From NCBI GenBank assembly GCA_043228905.1, contig JBHGNT010000005.1, forward strand, positions 19,778,001-19,842,000: 64,000 nt of DNA. Reading direction: 5' to 3'. Origin of the DNA: Azolla caroliniana. Its lineage: Eukaryota > Plantae > Polypodiophyta. Numbering within the stretch: the first letter of the stretch is position 1; each line of letters begins with the position of its first letter. The position numbers were made by a program, and so were the translations under genes. This document shows, one piece after another, positions 25,216 through 38,291 of this stretch. The notes beneath the pieces were generated by a model. The model searched no databases and was not told where the DNA came from. It was given only the letters and a program-made list of their open reading frames with translations.

Positions 25216-28127
25216 AAAAAAAAAGGGTGAAAAAACGGTCATATTAAGGAATAAATCAATCACATTTTAAGTCACACTAATCCCTAAACCCCTTGTTGGT
25301 AATCATAGTTGATTCATCCTCCAATTATCACCATAAGAAATAGGTATGCTCTACCTTTAATCTCCAGTCTTTTAGAGCACATTGGTGGGGCAAAGGCTAA
25401 AGCGTTTTACAAAGATTGATTTAAGGGTGGATATAATCTTGTTCACATTCAACCGGGAGATGAGTGAAAAACTTCATTTCGCACTCGGTATGGTCATTTC
25501 AAGTATATAGTCATGCCTGTCGGGCTCACAAATGCATCTGTAGTTTTCCAACATATGGCAAATGACATTTTCCAAGATTTTTGGGATATCTTTCTCATCA
25601 TCTATTTAGATGATTTGTTGATTTACTCTAAAACACGAGGAGCATGATATACATGTCGGAAAGTACTTGAACACTTAAGAAAGTATGGTCTGTATGCCAA
25701 ACTTGAGAAGTGTTGTTTTGACAGTGAACAAGTCGAATTCTTGGGTTATACTATTTCATCCAAGGGTATCTTCATGGATCCAACAAAAGTCAAAAACTTA
25801 TTGGAATGACACCCCCCACATTCTATTTGAGACGTCCAATGTTTCCTCGGATTTGCTAACTTCTATCACAAATTCATATGGAATTATTCAAAGATCATGT
25901 TGCCTCTCACCCAACTCACCAAGAAAAATCAAGCGTTTGTTTGGACTATTGAAGCGGACACAACCTTTACTCAGCTCAAAGAGGCATTCACATCAACTCC
26001 TATCTTAGCACATATTGATCTCAAAAATCCATTTACCATTGAGGCGGATGCGTCAGACTTTGCATTGGGGAGTATCCTATCACAATCAGGCAAGGATGGG
26101 CAGTCCCATCCAGTCGTGTTTCACTCGAGAAAATTTATTGTTGCGGAGATCAACTACGGGGTGCATGACAAGGAGTTACTAGTTGTGGTCGACTCTTTCG
26201 AGCAATGGCAACATTTCTTGGAAGGATCGCCTCATCAAATCATCATTTATAGTGATCACAAAAATCTTACGTATTTTCAAACGGCTTGAGTGTTAAATAG
26301 GAGACAAGCTCGATGGGCACAGTTTCTAACTCGTTTTGATTTCAAGTTCATTTTTTGCCTTGGGAAACAGCAAGGGAAGGGAGATGCTCTATCTTGACAT
26401 TCATATCTCACACCTTGACCTAGAGATCCGGCCTTCGACAATCAAAAGCAAATTCTCCTAGGACCATCAAAGCTACAAGCAACAACAGTTTATGCCACGC
26501 CACTTGATTCACGCCTTGTTGATACTATTCGGCAATGACTTCACTCTAATGATTTCGCTAAGGATCTCTTGGCCCACATTAGTCCAAGCCATACATCTTG
26601 CTCCACATTGCAAGGGTCATCTCAACACTATCAGGACTTCAAGTGGCAAGATGGCTTACTCTTTTACAAGAATCTCCTTTACGTCCCTTATGGATCACCC
26701 CCCTTCAAGTATTAGAGCATTGTCATGATGCCCCTATGGCTAGACATTTTGGTATTGTCAAGACCGTGGAGTTAGTGAAGCGCTCGTTTTGGTGGCCTCA
26801 TGTACAAAACTTTGTCAAAGATTACATTCGTACATGTGAAACCTGTTGTTGAGCCAAAATACTCAAGCATCATCCTTATGGCTTGTTACAACCATTACCG
26901 CCTCCAACCAAGCCATGGCAATCAATTTCTATGGATTTCATTATGGATCTGCCACCTTCGAAAGGATTTGATGCTATTTTAACAATAGTGGATCGATTTA
27001 CCAAGATGACACATTTTTTACCATGTGTAAAGAGCATCAGTAGTCAGAAAACCGCAGATATCATTATGCGTGAAGTGTTTCGCATTCATGGTCTTCGAGA
27101 CGATATAACTACCGATCATGGTCCTCAATTTATCTCTCACTTTCGGAAGCACCTATGGGCAAGCCTCAAAAATCTCCTACAAACTCTCTTCGACTTATCA
27201 TCCACAAACCGACGGAAAAACAGAGTGCACAAATCAAACGCTCGAGCAGGATCTTCAATGCTTCATCAGTTATCAGTTCAAGATGATTGGAGTAATATTT
27301 TACATCTTGCTTAGTTTGCATACAATAACACGGTACACTCTTCTACCAAGGTTACACCTTTCTTTGCTTACATCGACAACCATCCTCGATGGTGTATCTT
27401 GGATTTTCCCAAGCTCGCACGAAACCCTAGTGTTGAGCATCAGCTTCATCGACTACACCGAATCCAGTTAGCATTATCTTCACAGCTTCAAATAGCTCAA
27501 GCACAACATAAGACCAACGCAAATCACCATCGTCTTAAGTCTCCTTTTAAGGTTTAGGTTTTAGGGTTCGTCGTCACATCAAGACTACCTAGCCATGTGA
27601 GAAGCTCGATTATTAGCGCTTAGGTTCCTTTGTCATCATTGCGGGGATTAATGATGCAACCTTTCATCTTAATCTTCCAGCAACCATGCGGCTTCACCCA
27701 GTCTTTCATAGCTCTCTTTTGGAACCTTGTCGCACCTCTTCCATTCCTAATCGTGACATGCCACCTCCGCCCTCTGTCCAACTTGCAAACGGCCCCAAAT
27801 ACGAGGTAGTTGTTATTCTCGATTCTAAGATTGTGCGGAATAAGCTCTCTATTATCTGGTTGATTGGGTAGGTTATCCTCCGAGTGATCGCACTTGGGAG
27901 CCTGTCAATAATGTTTTTGTTGAGCATCAAGCTCAACTTGGTCTAGTGTGTGAACTCACCTTGAGAGTGAAGAGACACTCCAACGGTCAAGAGTCACCAT
28001 TATGTCACCACTTTGTATTCTAGCATTTAGTATGAGTCATAGAATCATATTCTATGATACATAACTTATGAGCTTTCACATTCCCCATGCTCCATGAGTC
28101 TTGTAGTTAATGAAGAGAAAGGGTGAC

Positions 28128-30188
28128 TTAGGGCAAACCTTTTTTTTTTTAACATGATTGTTGTTGTTATTCTTGTTGGTGCAAGAATAGAGTGAGCGTG
28201 TAACAGTGTACAGAGATAGAGAGAGCAAGAGGTCGTTGCCTCTGTTGTAACCGCCACCTGTGGCGAGGATCGTGAGCACGAGGTCGTTGCCTCCGTGAAC
28301 TCACTGTTGTACATTCTAGCATAGTGATAGTTTGCAGTCTGTGGGCTGCCGTGGTTTTTCCCTCTTTGGGTTTTCCACGTAAACTTCCTGTGTACTGTTC
28401 TCCTCTTTGTGTCGTGCTTTCATTTCCCGTTTTCTGTGCATGAATCTAAGCTTGGTTGTGGCCGAGCGTTGCGTATAGGGGAGCGTTTAGTTCCTGGCAA
28501 GTGGTATCAGAGCGAAACGACATAGAAAATGGACGATTCGTTGGGAGGCATGTTCAAGCTCACCGACTCCAACTATTCGGTGTGGAAGTCGAAGATGAGG
28601 GACATGCTCGTGGTTAAAGACCTCTAGCTGCCGGTTCAGTTCGGAGACAAGAGACCGGACAAAATCGGCGCCGCGATATGGGAGGTGATGCACATGAAGA
28701 CAGCGGCGTACATACGGTGCTTCATCGACATGAGCCTGTACAACAACTTCAATGAAGAGAGCAAGGCTCATGAGCTCTGGGAGAAGATCGACATAATGTT
28801 TCAAAACAAGAATGTTGTTAATCAGGTTACGGTATTCCGGAAGCTAGTAAGACTCCGGTACCAAGATGGCTCCAGCATGGCGGAGCACATGAATGCCTTC
28901 CAGGGGCTGATACACCAGGCAACATCATTGGAAGTACCTCTTGCCGACGAGGTACTAGCGCTACTCCTGCTCGGTTCCCTCCCGGATAGCTGGGAGACGT
29001 TGGTTGTCACTTTGGGCAACGCCGGGTCGGAAGGGAAACAGTTATCCCTAGCAAGAGTGAAGTCGAGCCTGCTAGATGAGGAGGCGCGTCGGAAAGATAA
29101 GGATACGAGCTCCGACTCCAAAGCACTCCTTACCGAATCGGAACGCGGAAGACATAGAAACCGTAGTCCCCAGAACCGGGAGAAGTCGGGGACACGGTCA
29201 AAGTCAAGGGCAAGGCCTACTTGCTTCTATTGCGGCAAGCTGGGACACTTCCAGAAGAACTGTCGGCACTTCCGTAAAGACAAGGAAACCGACGGCACTG
29301 ATTCGAAGCGGATACGGGACCGGAACGGTAAAGACCGTAGGGGACCGGACCGGAAGGGAACGACGGCAATCGCGGCAAGTGAAGAGGAGTTGATGATCAT
29401 CACCGAGGAGAGTGAGATGTGCGGACCCGGTGAGAACCGGATGAGGAGTACCCGGCTACGGAGAGCCGGATGGTGCAGACCCGGCTACAGAGAGTCGGAT
29501 GGTGCAGACCGACTACGGAGAACCGGATGGTGCAGACCCGGTGAAGAATTGGATGAGGAGTACCCGGCTACGGAGAGCCGGATGGTGCAGACCCGGCTAC
29601 GGAGAGCCGGATGGTGTAGACCCGGCTACGGAGAACCGGATGGTGCAGACCCGGTGAAGAACTGGATGAGGAGTATCCGGCCACGGAGAGCCGGATGGTA
29701 CAAACCCGGTGAAGAACCGGATGAGGAGTACCCGACAAGATCCGGATGATGCAGGCCCGGTGAGGAGTGCTCTCCGGACGAAGAGACATATTTGTAAATA
29801 TGTTTCTGAGAGTCCATCGTGGCTATATTTGTAAATAGCCGAAAAGTCATATTAGTATAAATATGACTTAGGGCAAACCTTTTTTTTTTTTACATGATTG
29901 TTGTTGTTATTCTTGTTGGTGCAAGAATAGAGTGAGTGTGTAATAGTGTACAGAGATAGAGAGAGCACGAGGTCATTGGCTCCGTGAACTCACTGTTGTA
30001 CATTCTAGCATAGTGATAGTTTGCAGTCTGTGGGCTGCCGTGGTTTTTCCCTCTTTGGGTTTTCCACATAAACATCCTGTGTACTCTTCTCCTCTTTGTG
30101 TCGTGCTTTCATTTCCCGTTTTCTGTGCATGAATCTAAGCTTGGTTGTGGCCGAGCGTTGCGTATAGGGGAGCGTTTAGTTCCTGTCA
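28128..30188 (+). mobile_element. Gag-only Tnt1-like Copia derivative 'C' (LTR-PBS-gag-LTR) nested in B
   Basis: LTR part 28128-28499 repeated at 29868-30188; PBS TGGTATCAGAGC (tRNA-iMet) at 28502-28513; gag nearly identical to 51689-52576 including zinc knuckle CFYCGKLGHFQKNC; homology ends at 29416, before protease. Confidence 0.88.
29424..29765. repeat. Composite CCGG-rich tandem repeats (26-30-bp units), probably U3 of the C LTR
   Basis: CCGGCTACGGAGAGCCGGATGGTGCAGAC units interleaved with CCGGTGAAGAACCGGATGAGGAGTAC units. Confidence 0.85.
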
Positions 30189-33100
30189 GATGAGATGGTG
30201 CAAATATGCCTCCGCAGCCTCGCACCACGGTTGGGCGCGATGCGAACCGCCGTTCTAGCATGGGAGAAATCTCCCTCCTTCTTCGAGCTCCAATCAATGC
30301 TATTGGTCAAAGAAAACCACGTGCGTACAAGGAGCAATGAGCCGGAAGGTCACATGCTCTACACGCACTCTAATGGAGGAAGAGGACGCAGACAAGCGAG
30401 AGGCCGATTCAGCCAAGGAGAAGGCGGACGAAGTCCGACCTACGACAACAACTCCCAATTTCGGCCGCAAAACGGAGGCCAATGAGGAACCTTCGCAAGA
30501 AGGGGGAGCTTCCACTCCGGCCCAAGCCATCAAAACGCAACCGAATGCGGATATTGTGGAAAGCTCGGCCACCATGAAGAAGAGTGCCGAAAGAAGATGC
30601 GTGAATCGACTTCCACAAGCCGACAACTCATGAATTACGTACACAACTCCGACTATGAAGATCGTGGCGGAATGTATGCACACAACTCCGACCGTGGCAG
30701 AATGTTCATGATGAAACATAGAGCAAACTCTATGTCGGCTGCTACCTCAACTAGTGCCTCCGGTCCGGAAGGTATATGGTTCGTCGATTCCAGTGCCTCG
30801 AACCATATGACATCGCATCAAGAATGGTTCCAAGAACTTCGAGAGCCGGATCGACCCGGCTATGTCAAAACCGGAGACGACACTACGCACCCAATTCGGC
30901 ACATTGGCAATGTTCCGTTCGGAAAAGAAGGTAAGCAAAATTACATTAAAAATGTCTTGCATGTACCGACCATTACGAAGAATTTGGTCTCCGTCGGCCA
31001 AATTGTAGAGCAAGGGATGCAAGTTCGATTTAATCAAGGCGGTTGCTTCATCGAAAAAGATGGCCGACTCATCGCACGTGGACGAAGAGAGGGCCAGATG
31101 TTCATTCTCGATTCACGCGAGATGAAATCCGCCATGTTCGCGAAAAACACGAAAGCCGACTCCAACATAGAGCTATGGCACAAGCAAATCGGCCACATCA
31201 ATCTCAACAAACTCCAAGCAATGAAATCGAAAGGAGTCATCATCGGACTCCCGACATTCAAAGAGAAGGAGATTGAAGGTGTATGCGAAGCGTGCCAATT
31301 CGGCAAGCAACACCGACACCCATTCCCGAAAGAGCAAAACATGAGCAAAGGTCTACTCGACGTAGTCCATTCCGACGTATGGGGACCAACGCAGACAGCT
31401 ACATTCGGTGGATGCCGATATTACGTGCTCTTCATCGACGACTTCTCTAGGCACACTTGGATCTACCCGATGCGGCAAAAGAGCGAAGTGTTCAGACACT
31501 TCCAAAATTTCAAGAATGAAGTCGAGAAAGCCACGGGCCGACATGTACGATGCCTTTGATCGGATGGCGGCAAGGAGTACTTCTTGGACGATTTCACGGC
31601 GTATCTCCGAAAGGAAGGAATTCGGCGAGAATTCACTTGCCGACACACTCCGCAACAAAACGGAGTAGCCAAGCGCAAAAATCGGCACATCCTCGAAGTA
31701 ACGCGGGCCATGATGAACGAGAAGCATATGCCCAAGTCATATTGGGCCGAAGCTACAAATACGGTCGTCTACCTAATGAACCGGTGCACAACATCCAGCG
31801 TGCACGAGGTCACTCCGCACGAAAAATACTTCGGAAAGAAGTCGGACTTATCGCACATTCGGATATTCGGCGCGATAGCGTATGTGCACATCCCCGACGA
31901 GAAGCTTCAAAAGCTTGACCCGAAGTCAAAGAAATGTATCCTCGTAAGATACTCATTGGAGCAAAAGGGGTACAAGTGCTACAACCCCTCCACTCGAAAA
32001 TCTCGGGTATGTCGAGACGTCATTTTTTACGAGTCCGCATCTTGGTACGCACCAGAGACAACTCCAACTCCGACTCCGCTCGACCCGGAATCCGCCGAAC
32101 AAGAGATCGAGGATGAAGATCGCCTTATGCGCATATTCGAAGAAAGTCCAATCACGACCCGATTGAGCGGACCACAAGAGCCTTTGAGCGATCAAAGCAC
32201 ATCACGGCCTAGCCCGAAGATGGACAAAGGCAAGGTGAAAATGTCGAAATACGAAGACGATCGCTTCAACGACGATGAGTCGACTCACTCACTCGACAAT
32301 GAGTTCGGCGGTTTCGAGGTACCAATCAGAGGTAAGAAAACCCTCATCTCTGCAAATGAAAAGCTCCGCCGATCCACTCGTGAAAAGAACCCCATAAGCC
32401 AATTCAGCTACAACGATTATATGGCGTACCATTATGCCTTTATGATGAAGATAGCGACAGTACGGGAGCCGGAAACATTTTCAGAAGCTGTGAAGGACCC
32501 ACGATGGATCGAAGCAATGAACGAGGAGATGCAGGCACTACGGAAGAACGAGACATGGGATCTCGTCCCCACCTCACCACACAAAAAGGCGATCGGATGC
32601 AGATGGATCCACAAGGTCAAGTATAACGTCGATGGCTCCATAAACCGCTACAAAGCTCGACTCGTAGCAAAAGGATACGCTCAGATGCATGGCGCCGACT
32701 ACGAAGAGACCTTTGCCCCGGTGGCAAAGATGACGACGGTGCGGACCGTAATTGCGCTTGCCGCGGCGAAAGGATGGCACCTCCATCAAATGGATGTCAA
32801 GAATGCCTTTCTACAAGGCGAATTAGAAGAGGAGGTGTACATGATACAACCACCCGGCTTCAACTCGAGCACCCATCCGAAAGTTGTATGCCGACTCAAG
32901 AAGCCACTCTACGGCCTCAAGCAAGCACCGCGTGCTTGGCATTCGAAGATAACACAATATCTTCATCAAATTGGCTTCTGTATGTCAAAATTGGACAACT
33001 CCCTCTACATACGAGCGATTCCGCAAGTCCGCTTGTCATCATCTTATATGTGGATGACCTAGTCATTGGAGGTGAGCATCTCGTCGAAATCAATAAAGTC

Positions 33101-34641
33101 AAATCCCTCCTTTCCGACAAGTTCGAGATGACGGACATGAAGGAGCTCCACTACTTCCTCGGCATCGAGGTAATTCGGACTCCGGCCGGAATCATGATCT
33201 CTCAATGACACTACATCCTCAACTTGTTATACAAGTTCGGGATGGATGAGTGCAAATACGTGGCAACCCCGCTCAATCGCAATCTCAAACTAGATGTGAA
33301 CTCCGGCACCAAAGCGTGTGAACCGACTCAGTATCGGCAACTCATCGGGAGTCTCAGCTACCTCACTATCACTCGTCCCGATCTCAATTATCTTATCAGT
33401 CTCCTTAGTCAATTCATGCAAACACCTCGTGATACTCACTTGGATTGCGCTAAGCGAGTTCTATGGTACATGTGCGGCACAATGGATTGCGGCATCCTCT
33501 ACAAGACCATGATGCCAATACACCTCGAGGGGTACATAGATGCTGATTGGGCCGGCTACAAAGCCGATAGAAGATCAACCTCCGGATTTGTTTTCTCCTT
33601 CGGCAGCGGAGCAATATCCTAGAGTAGCAAGAAGCAGCCTATCGTCGCTCTTTCGAGTACGGAGGTGGAATACAGGGGCGCAGTCATAGCTGCGTGTGAA
33701 GCCGTATGGCTCAAGAGGATTTTGAAGGATCTGGGCGTACCCATCAAGGATTCGACTTCCCTTTACTGCGACAACATGAGCAGTATCTATCTGGCTCAGA
33801 ACCCGGTGTTCCACATGCGGACAAACCACATCGAAGTGCACTATCACTTCATCCGAGAGCGCGTTCTGGCTGGCGATGTCGACCTACAACACATTAGCAC
33901 CAATCTTCAAACGGCCGACATCTTCACTAAAGCCTTAGGAGCCAACAAGCTATGGCAATTCATGACCGATCTCGGATTGACGATCCCTGACTTGCCAAGC
34001 TTGAGGGGGAGTACTGAAGACACTACGCAATAACGCGTGGATTCCGCAACCACGGAACGAAGCAGCGAAGAGCCGATCTACCGCGCAAAGCCGCGAAGAA
34101 AGAGCAGCGAAGAGCCGATCTACTGCGCAAAGCCACGAAGAAAGACGCAAGCCGAAGCACAGACTTCGCAACTACGCACGCAACCCGAAGCATAGACTTC
34201 GTAACTACGCACAACGCAAGTTGGAGCACGGATTCCGCAACTCCGCATAAAGCGAGTTGACGCGAGTTGACGCGGACTCCCGAACTTGAATTGAAGCAGA
34301 TTTCGGATACCGTCTGAAACCGACCCGACTTGAGCTTGAGGGGGCGTGTTGAGAATCAAGCTTAACTTGGTCTAGTGTGTGAACTCACCTTGAGAGTGAA
34401 TAGACACTCCAACGGTCAAGAATCACCATTATGTCACCACTTTGTATTCTAGCATTTCGTATGAGTCATAGAATCATATTCTATGACACATAACTTATGA
34501 GCTTTCACATTCCCCATGCTCCATGAGTCTTGTAGTTAATGAAGAGAGAGGGTGACTACATAAAGCACCCTCCTCCCACCTTGTATAGTGTTGAGTCTTT
34601 CTCCTTTGTCAATAGACTTTTACCTTGCGTATACTCTATGT

Positions 34642-34683
<42 letters not shown>

Positions 34684-34915
34684 CACACACATAACTCACA
34701 TCTCTTCCGCTTCACAAGAATCCATCTCTTGATTCTTTACAGTTTCTAATGCTCAAGCTCTTGTCGACGACTTCCATCGCCACTATCTAAACAAATCGGG
34801 ACCTACATTGTTAACGTCGTCTTCCACTCGTCATTCTCGAAGGGGAGATAGTATCATGAATACATGAACATCATAGCTTCACCTGGGCTTGCACCCAAGA
34901 CCAAGACCTTGTAAT

Positions 34916-35203
34916 TGTTATGGAATGGGAAGGCAAGAGTGGTTGCAATGCAACGAAAGGTGAACGTATGTGTGTGTGTGTAACAGTAGAGAGAGACAGA
35001 GAGACAGAGAGACAAAGATTAACGAAAGTGTATATGATATTAACGTAATGAAATACATCCAACGGTTACTAAGTTACAATTAGTTGGTTTATATACCAAC
35101 TAAGCTAGGGCAAGCACACTTTCTACTATTTACAAAACTAGCTTGCAGTGTCCATGAGCTACTGTGAAACCTATCTATGGGAAGTTAAGTTCGATTCTCA
35201 ACA
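34916..35203 (-). mobile_element. Solo Copia LTR (288 bp) inserted in the Gypsy 3' LTR
   Basis: Reverse complement starts TGTTGAGAATCGAACTTAAC (cf. B LTR TGTTGAGAATCAAGCTTAAC) and ends TAACA; perfect TSD GTAAT at 34911-34915 and 35204-35208. Confidence 0.88.
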
Positions 35204-35589
35204 GTAATACATAATCAAGAACCTAACCATTAAGATAGCCTATGATCATATGAGATGATAAAAGATACTTCTTGTAATACACTTACTATTGTAAATACTC
35301 TGGAACATTCTAGAATACTTGGAACATCTTAGAATATTCTAGGTCTAGAACATTCTAGAACCATTATAGAAATCTTTAGGCTATTCTATAGGAGCCTATA
35401 AATATAGACATACAATTCTTCTCAAACCAATTTGAATCAACACCTGTCTTAAGCTCTCACCACCTATCTTGTATCCATTCTCATTCTATCTTAATACATT
35501 CATTCTTCTCTTATCACTTCATTCATCTCTTCTTGTGATCTCTTCACATCATTCTTCCGCCACTCTATATTTTCTCTTGGTTCTGACAC

Positions 35590-35950
35590 TTAACGGTTTA
35601 AACTGTTCAGTTCGGTTCGGTTCGGTTTCAATAGTTAGAAACCGCGGTTTAACAGGTTTTTTTACTTTTAATTCAAAAAATTATTTTGAAACAATCTTTT
35701 CATTTTTAGGCCTTATTCTCACGTTTTAGGAAAATCTTTAAAATTCTGAAATTTTAAAATAATGAAATATTGTAATTCTAGAAATTTTAAATTTTAAAAA
35801 TTGAATTTTGACCTAACTTAAAAACCGAAACCACAGCTTTTACAGTTTTTTGGTTGAACGGTTTCGGGGTTCAGTTCGGTTCAATTCAGGTTTCAATTTT
35901 GTTAAACGGTTCAGTTTGGACCCTCTCTAACCGAACCGAACCATTGCCGA
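35590..35950. mobile_element. MITE-like AT-rich element with GGTTC/GAACC subterminal repeats
   Basis: GTTCGGTTCGGTTCGGTT on the left, AACCGAACCGAACC on the right, AT-rich core; no TSD identified. Confidence 0.45.
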
Positions 35951-35989
35951 TTGTTACCAATAAGCAAAATAAACCCTCTTCTCAATAAG

Positions 35990-36052
35990 AGAGGAAAAGA
36001 GATTTGAACCTTGCACCTATTAAGCTGAAGGAATAACTCTAACCATTGCTTT
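35990..36052 (-). other. Degenerate tRNA-derived cassette (fourth copy)
   Basis: Minus strand reads GCAATGGTTAGAG...AGGTGCAAGGTTCAAATC, sharing AGGTGCAAGGTTC with the copies at 5012 and 50878. Confidence 0.5.
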
Positions 36053-36159
36053 TAGTTATTAAGTACTTTATTTATTGTTCTAAAATAGTTGGGTAGTTGG
36101 GCGACCTACAACAGTTAGGGTTGGGCAACTACTGACAAGGTTAGGCGACCTCTAACAGA

Positions 36160-36613
36160 TTTTTTTTTTCACGCGTTTCTTTCTTATCTAAATCGAATGG
36201 TGCAGATCGCACACGCCTTTTCCTCTGGGCGACCGGCACTGTCCGTGGCCGCGATTCCCTCACTAGTCCTATTTATGATTTGTTGCATAGTAGACGTGCG
36301 TGCGTGCGTGTGTGTGTGTGTGCGTGCGCACGCGCGTCTAATGTATGTATCATATTATGAACCATACATACCATACGTGCATTCACATTCGAGATTGTTT
36401 CGATCATTCGAGTATGGTAAACACCCTCGAAGTATGGTAAATACCATACTTTTGTATTCATCATTTATTATAAGGTAATTTTTTTTAAAGGTAAGAAATT
36501 TAAGGTAAAAACTTACAAGCGTAAAAAAAAAACATAAGAATGTTTTGATAACATACGCATTCATATGAAAACGAATGCATTCGAGTATATTACATACTAT
36601 GGTATGTATGATG

Positions 36614-36651
<38 letters not shown>

Positions 36652-36795
36652 TGCGCGCGTGCGACGTGTCTAACTACTACCAAATAATTATGAGGGCAAG
36701 TGAGGGAATCGCGGAGAGGGACGGTGCAGGTCGCTAGATGAGGGCGCGTGTGATCTACACCATCCAATGTGGATGAAGAAAAAGCGCGAAAAAGT
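36160..36795. repeat. Imperfect long inverted repeat (arms about 36160-36395 and 36577-36795)
   Basis: CCGCGATTCCCTCACT / AGTGAGGGAATCGCGG, ATGGTGCAGATC / GATCTACACCAT and CATACATACCATA / TATGGTATGTATG pair in order. Confidence 0.8.
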
Positions 36796-38291
36796 GCGCC
36801 ATAAGAAGTTCTCTTTTTGGGGAGCCCGACTCTGTGAAAAGGAGCCCAACTCATTAGTTTGTGATGAGTATAAAAACCCATATACCTGTCATTTTTTCCT
36901 GTTTTCAAACAGGAAGCTAGAGGTTTAGGGTTTAGGCATCTTCAGCGAGGCGCATCACCTAATGTCCTGCTGTCCGCGAGCACCTGTTGTCCTACTGTCC
37001 AAAGGTATGTATCACTAGACTTTGTGGAGGTTATACCTTCGAGTTTTGTGTTTGAAATCATATTTTCCTCGTAACTGGACTCCATATTATTATTGACCTC
37101 CACTACATGTTAGAGTAAAAATCTTGATAAGATAATATGGAATCATATTTAGAATCTTGAAAGCTTAGACCATCCGTATCTTACACTCGATCTAGTTGCG
37201 TGGAATCAAACCTCAAATTGGCTCTACACAACGACCTTTCACATTTGCAGTTTCTGCAAATATTTGCATCAAAATGTGCAAGTTATAGTGCCACATTAAA
37301 TACTCAAAATGTTTGCATTCATGGGCCCTTGATAAGGATATGGGCTTTGAGTTCAGGGAATTATCATTAAATATTATCATTATTCATTTCAAAAGAAAAA
37401 AAATATACAACATTTCTTGTATATTTCTTTTCTTTAGAACATATGTTTTATCACAAAAACAACACATCGAACATAACATGTTCTGCAATCCTACCACGAC
37501 AACGATGGATATTGTTCATTGCTTTCTAGTCAAGCTCTGTTGAGAGTGTCATATTTGTGTCATTGATTTAGCAAAATTTGATTTTTTTTCTCATTTTCAA
37601 AGAACCAAAAAATATGCATTTCTTGTCAATATGTATGACAACATAAGCATTTTATCTTTATCCTTGTTTCTTTCTTTATCTAGTTTCATAAGCAACAACA
37701 AAAAATAGTCAAATAAAAAAACAAAAACCATAATTAAAGTCTCATAATTGGTAATGAAGATGGTGATGAAAGCATGTGAACCTAAAATAATAGCAGAAAG
37801 CCTAAAAATTCTGCGTATAAGTTTACTTAACTTAGTAACAAAACAGAAGTTTAGTAAAAGAAAAGGAGAACCAACAATAAGATACAATGAAAAGAACATG
37901 TGACATTAATCATACTAGTAAACATATAGTTAAAGATAAGAAACAGGGGACATGTATGAAAGCATTGTTTGTATGAATTAGTATGGAAAATAAGTGTAGT
38001 TACAGTGAGTATATAAATAAATTCATATTGTAGACAATAACAAAAAAAACAGGAGATGCATAGAATATAGAGAAACATAGATTGAGGTGCATTCCTTCAA
38101 ATCATGAAAGGAAGCGTAGACACATGAAAAGGGACATAGCTAGAAACTTTATTGATAGACAGATAGATAGATCTAAATTAGATTAACAGAAAACAAAGTA
38201 AGAAGAAAAAAGACTTGAACCTTCAATCATGTACTGATTGGGTGGGTTGCACAAATTGGTGGTTTTTGAAGATGGCATGTGTTTTGTACAG

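Larger units (their letters stand above)
27918..34741 (+). mobile_element. Ty1/Copia element 'B' inserted into the chromodomain of the Gypsy element
   Basis: 5' LTR remnant 27918-28127 nearly identical to the start of 3' LTR 34347-34741; TSD GTTTT/GTTTC; gag 3' part resumes at 30189; PR (WFVDSSASNHMT), INT, RT and RH in ORFs 30597-34033 with stops and frameshifts. Confidence 0.93.
25330..35588 (+). mobile_element. Chromovirus (Ty3/Gypsy) RT-RH-INT-chromodomain plus 3' LTR, split by nested insertions
   Basis: [10 protein letters not shown] codons near 25600, EADASDFALG, HDKELL, SMDFIMDLP, YHPQTDGKTE, LHPVFHSSLLEP; chromodomain WEPVNNV breaks at 27917 and resumes SNAQALVDDFHRHY after 34742; PPT GAAGGGGAGATAG about 34839-34851; 3' LTR 34852(TATCA)-35588(TGACA). 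Confidence 0.85.

Noticed and set aside
29424-29765. Regular ~30-bp repeats resembling a CRISPR array
   Set aside because: The units are contiguous with no unique spacers, there are no cas genes, and the context is a eukaryotic LTR.
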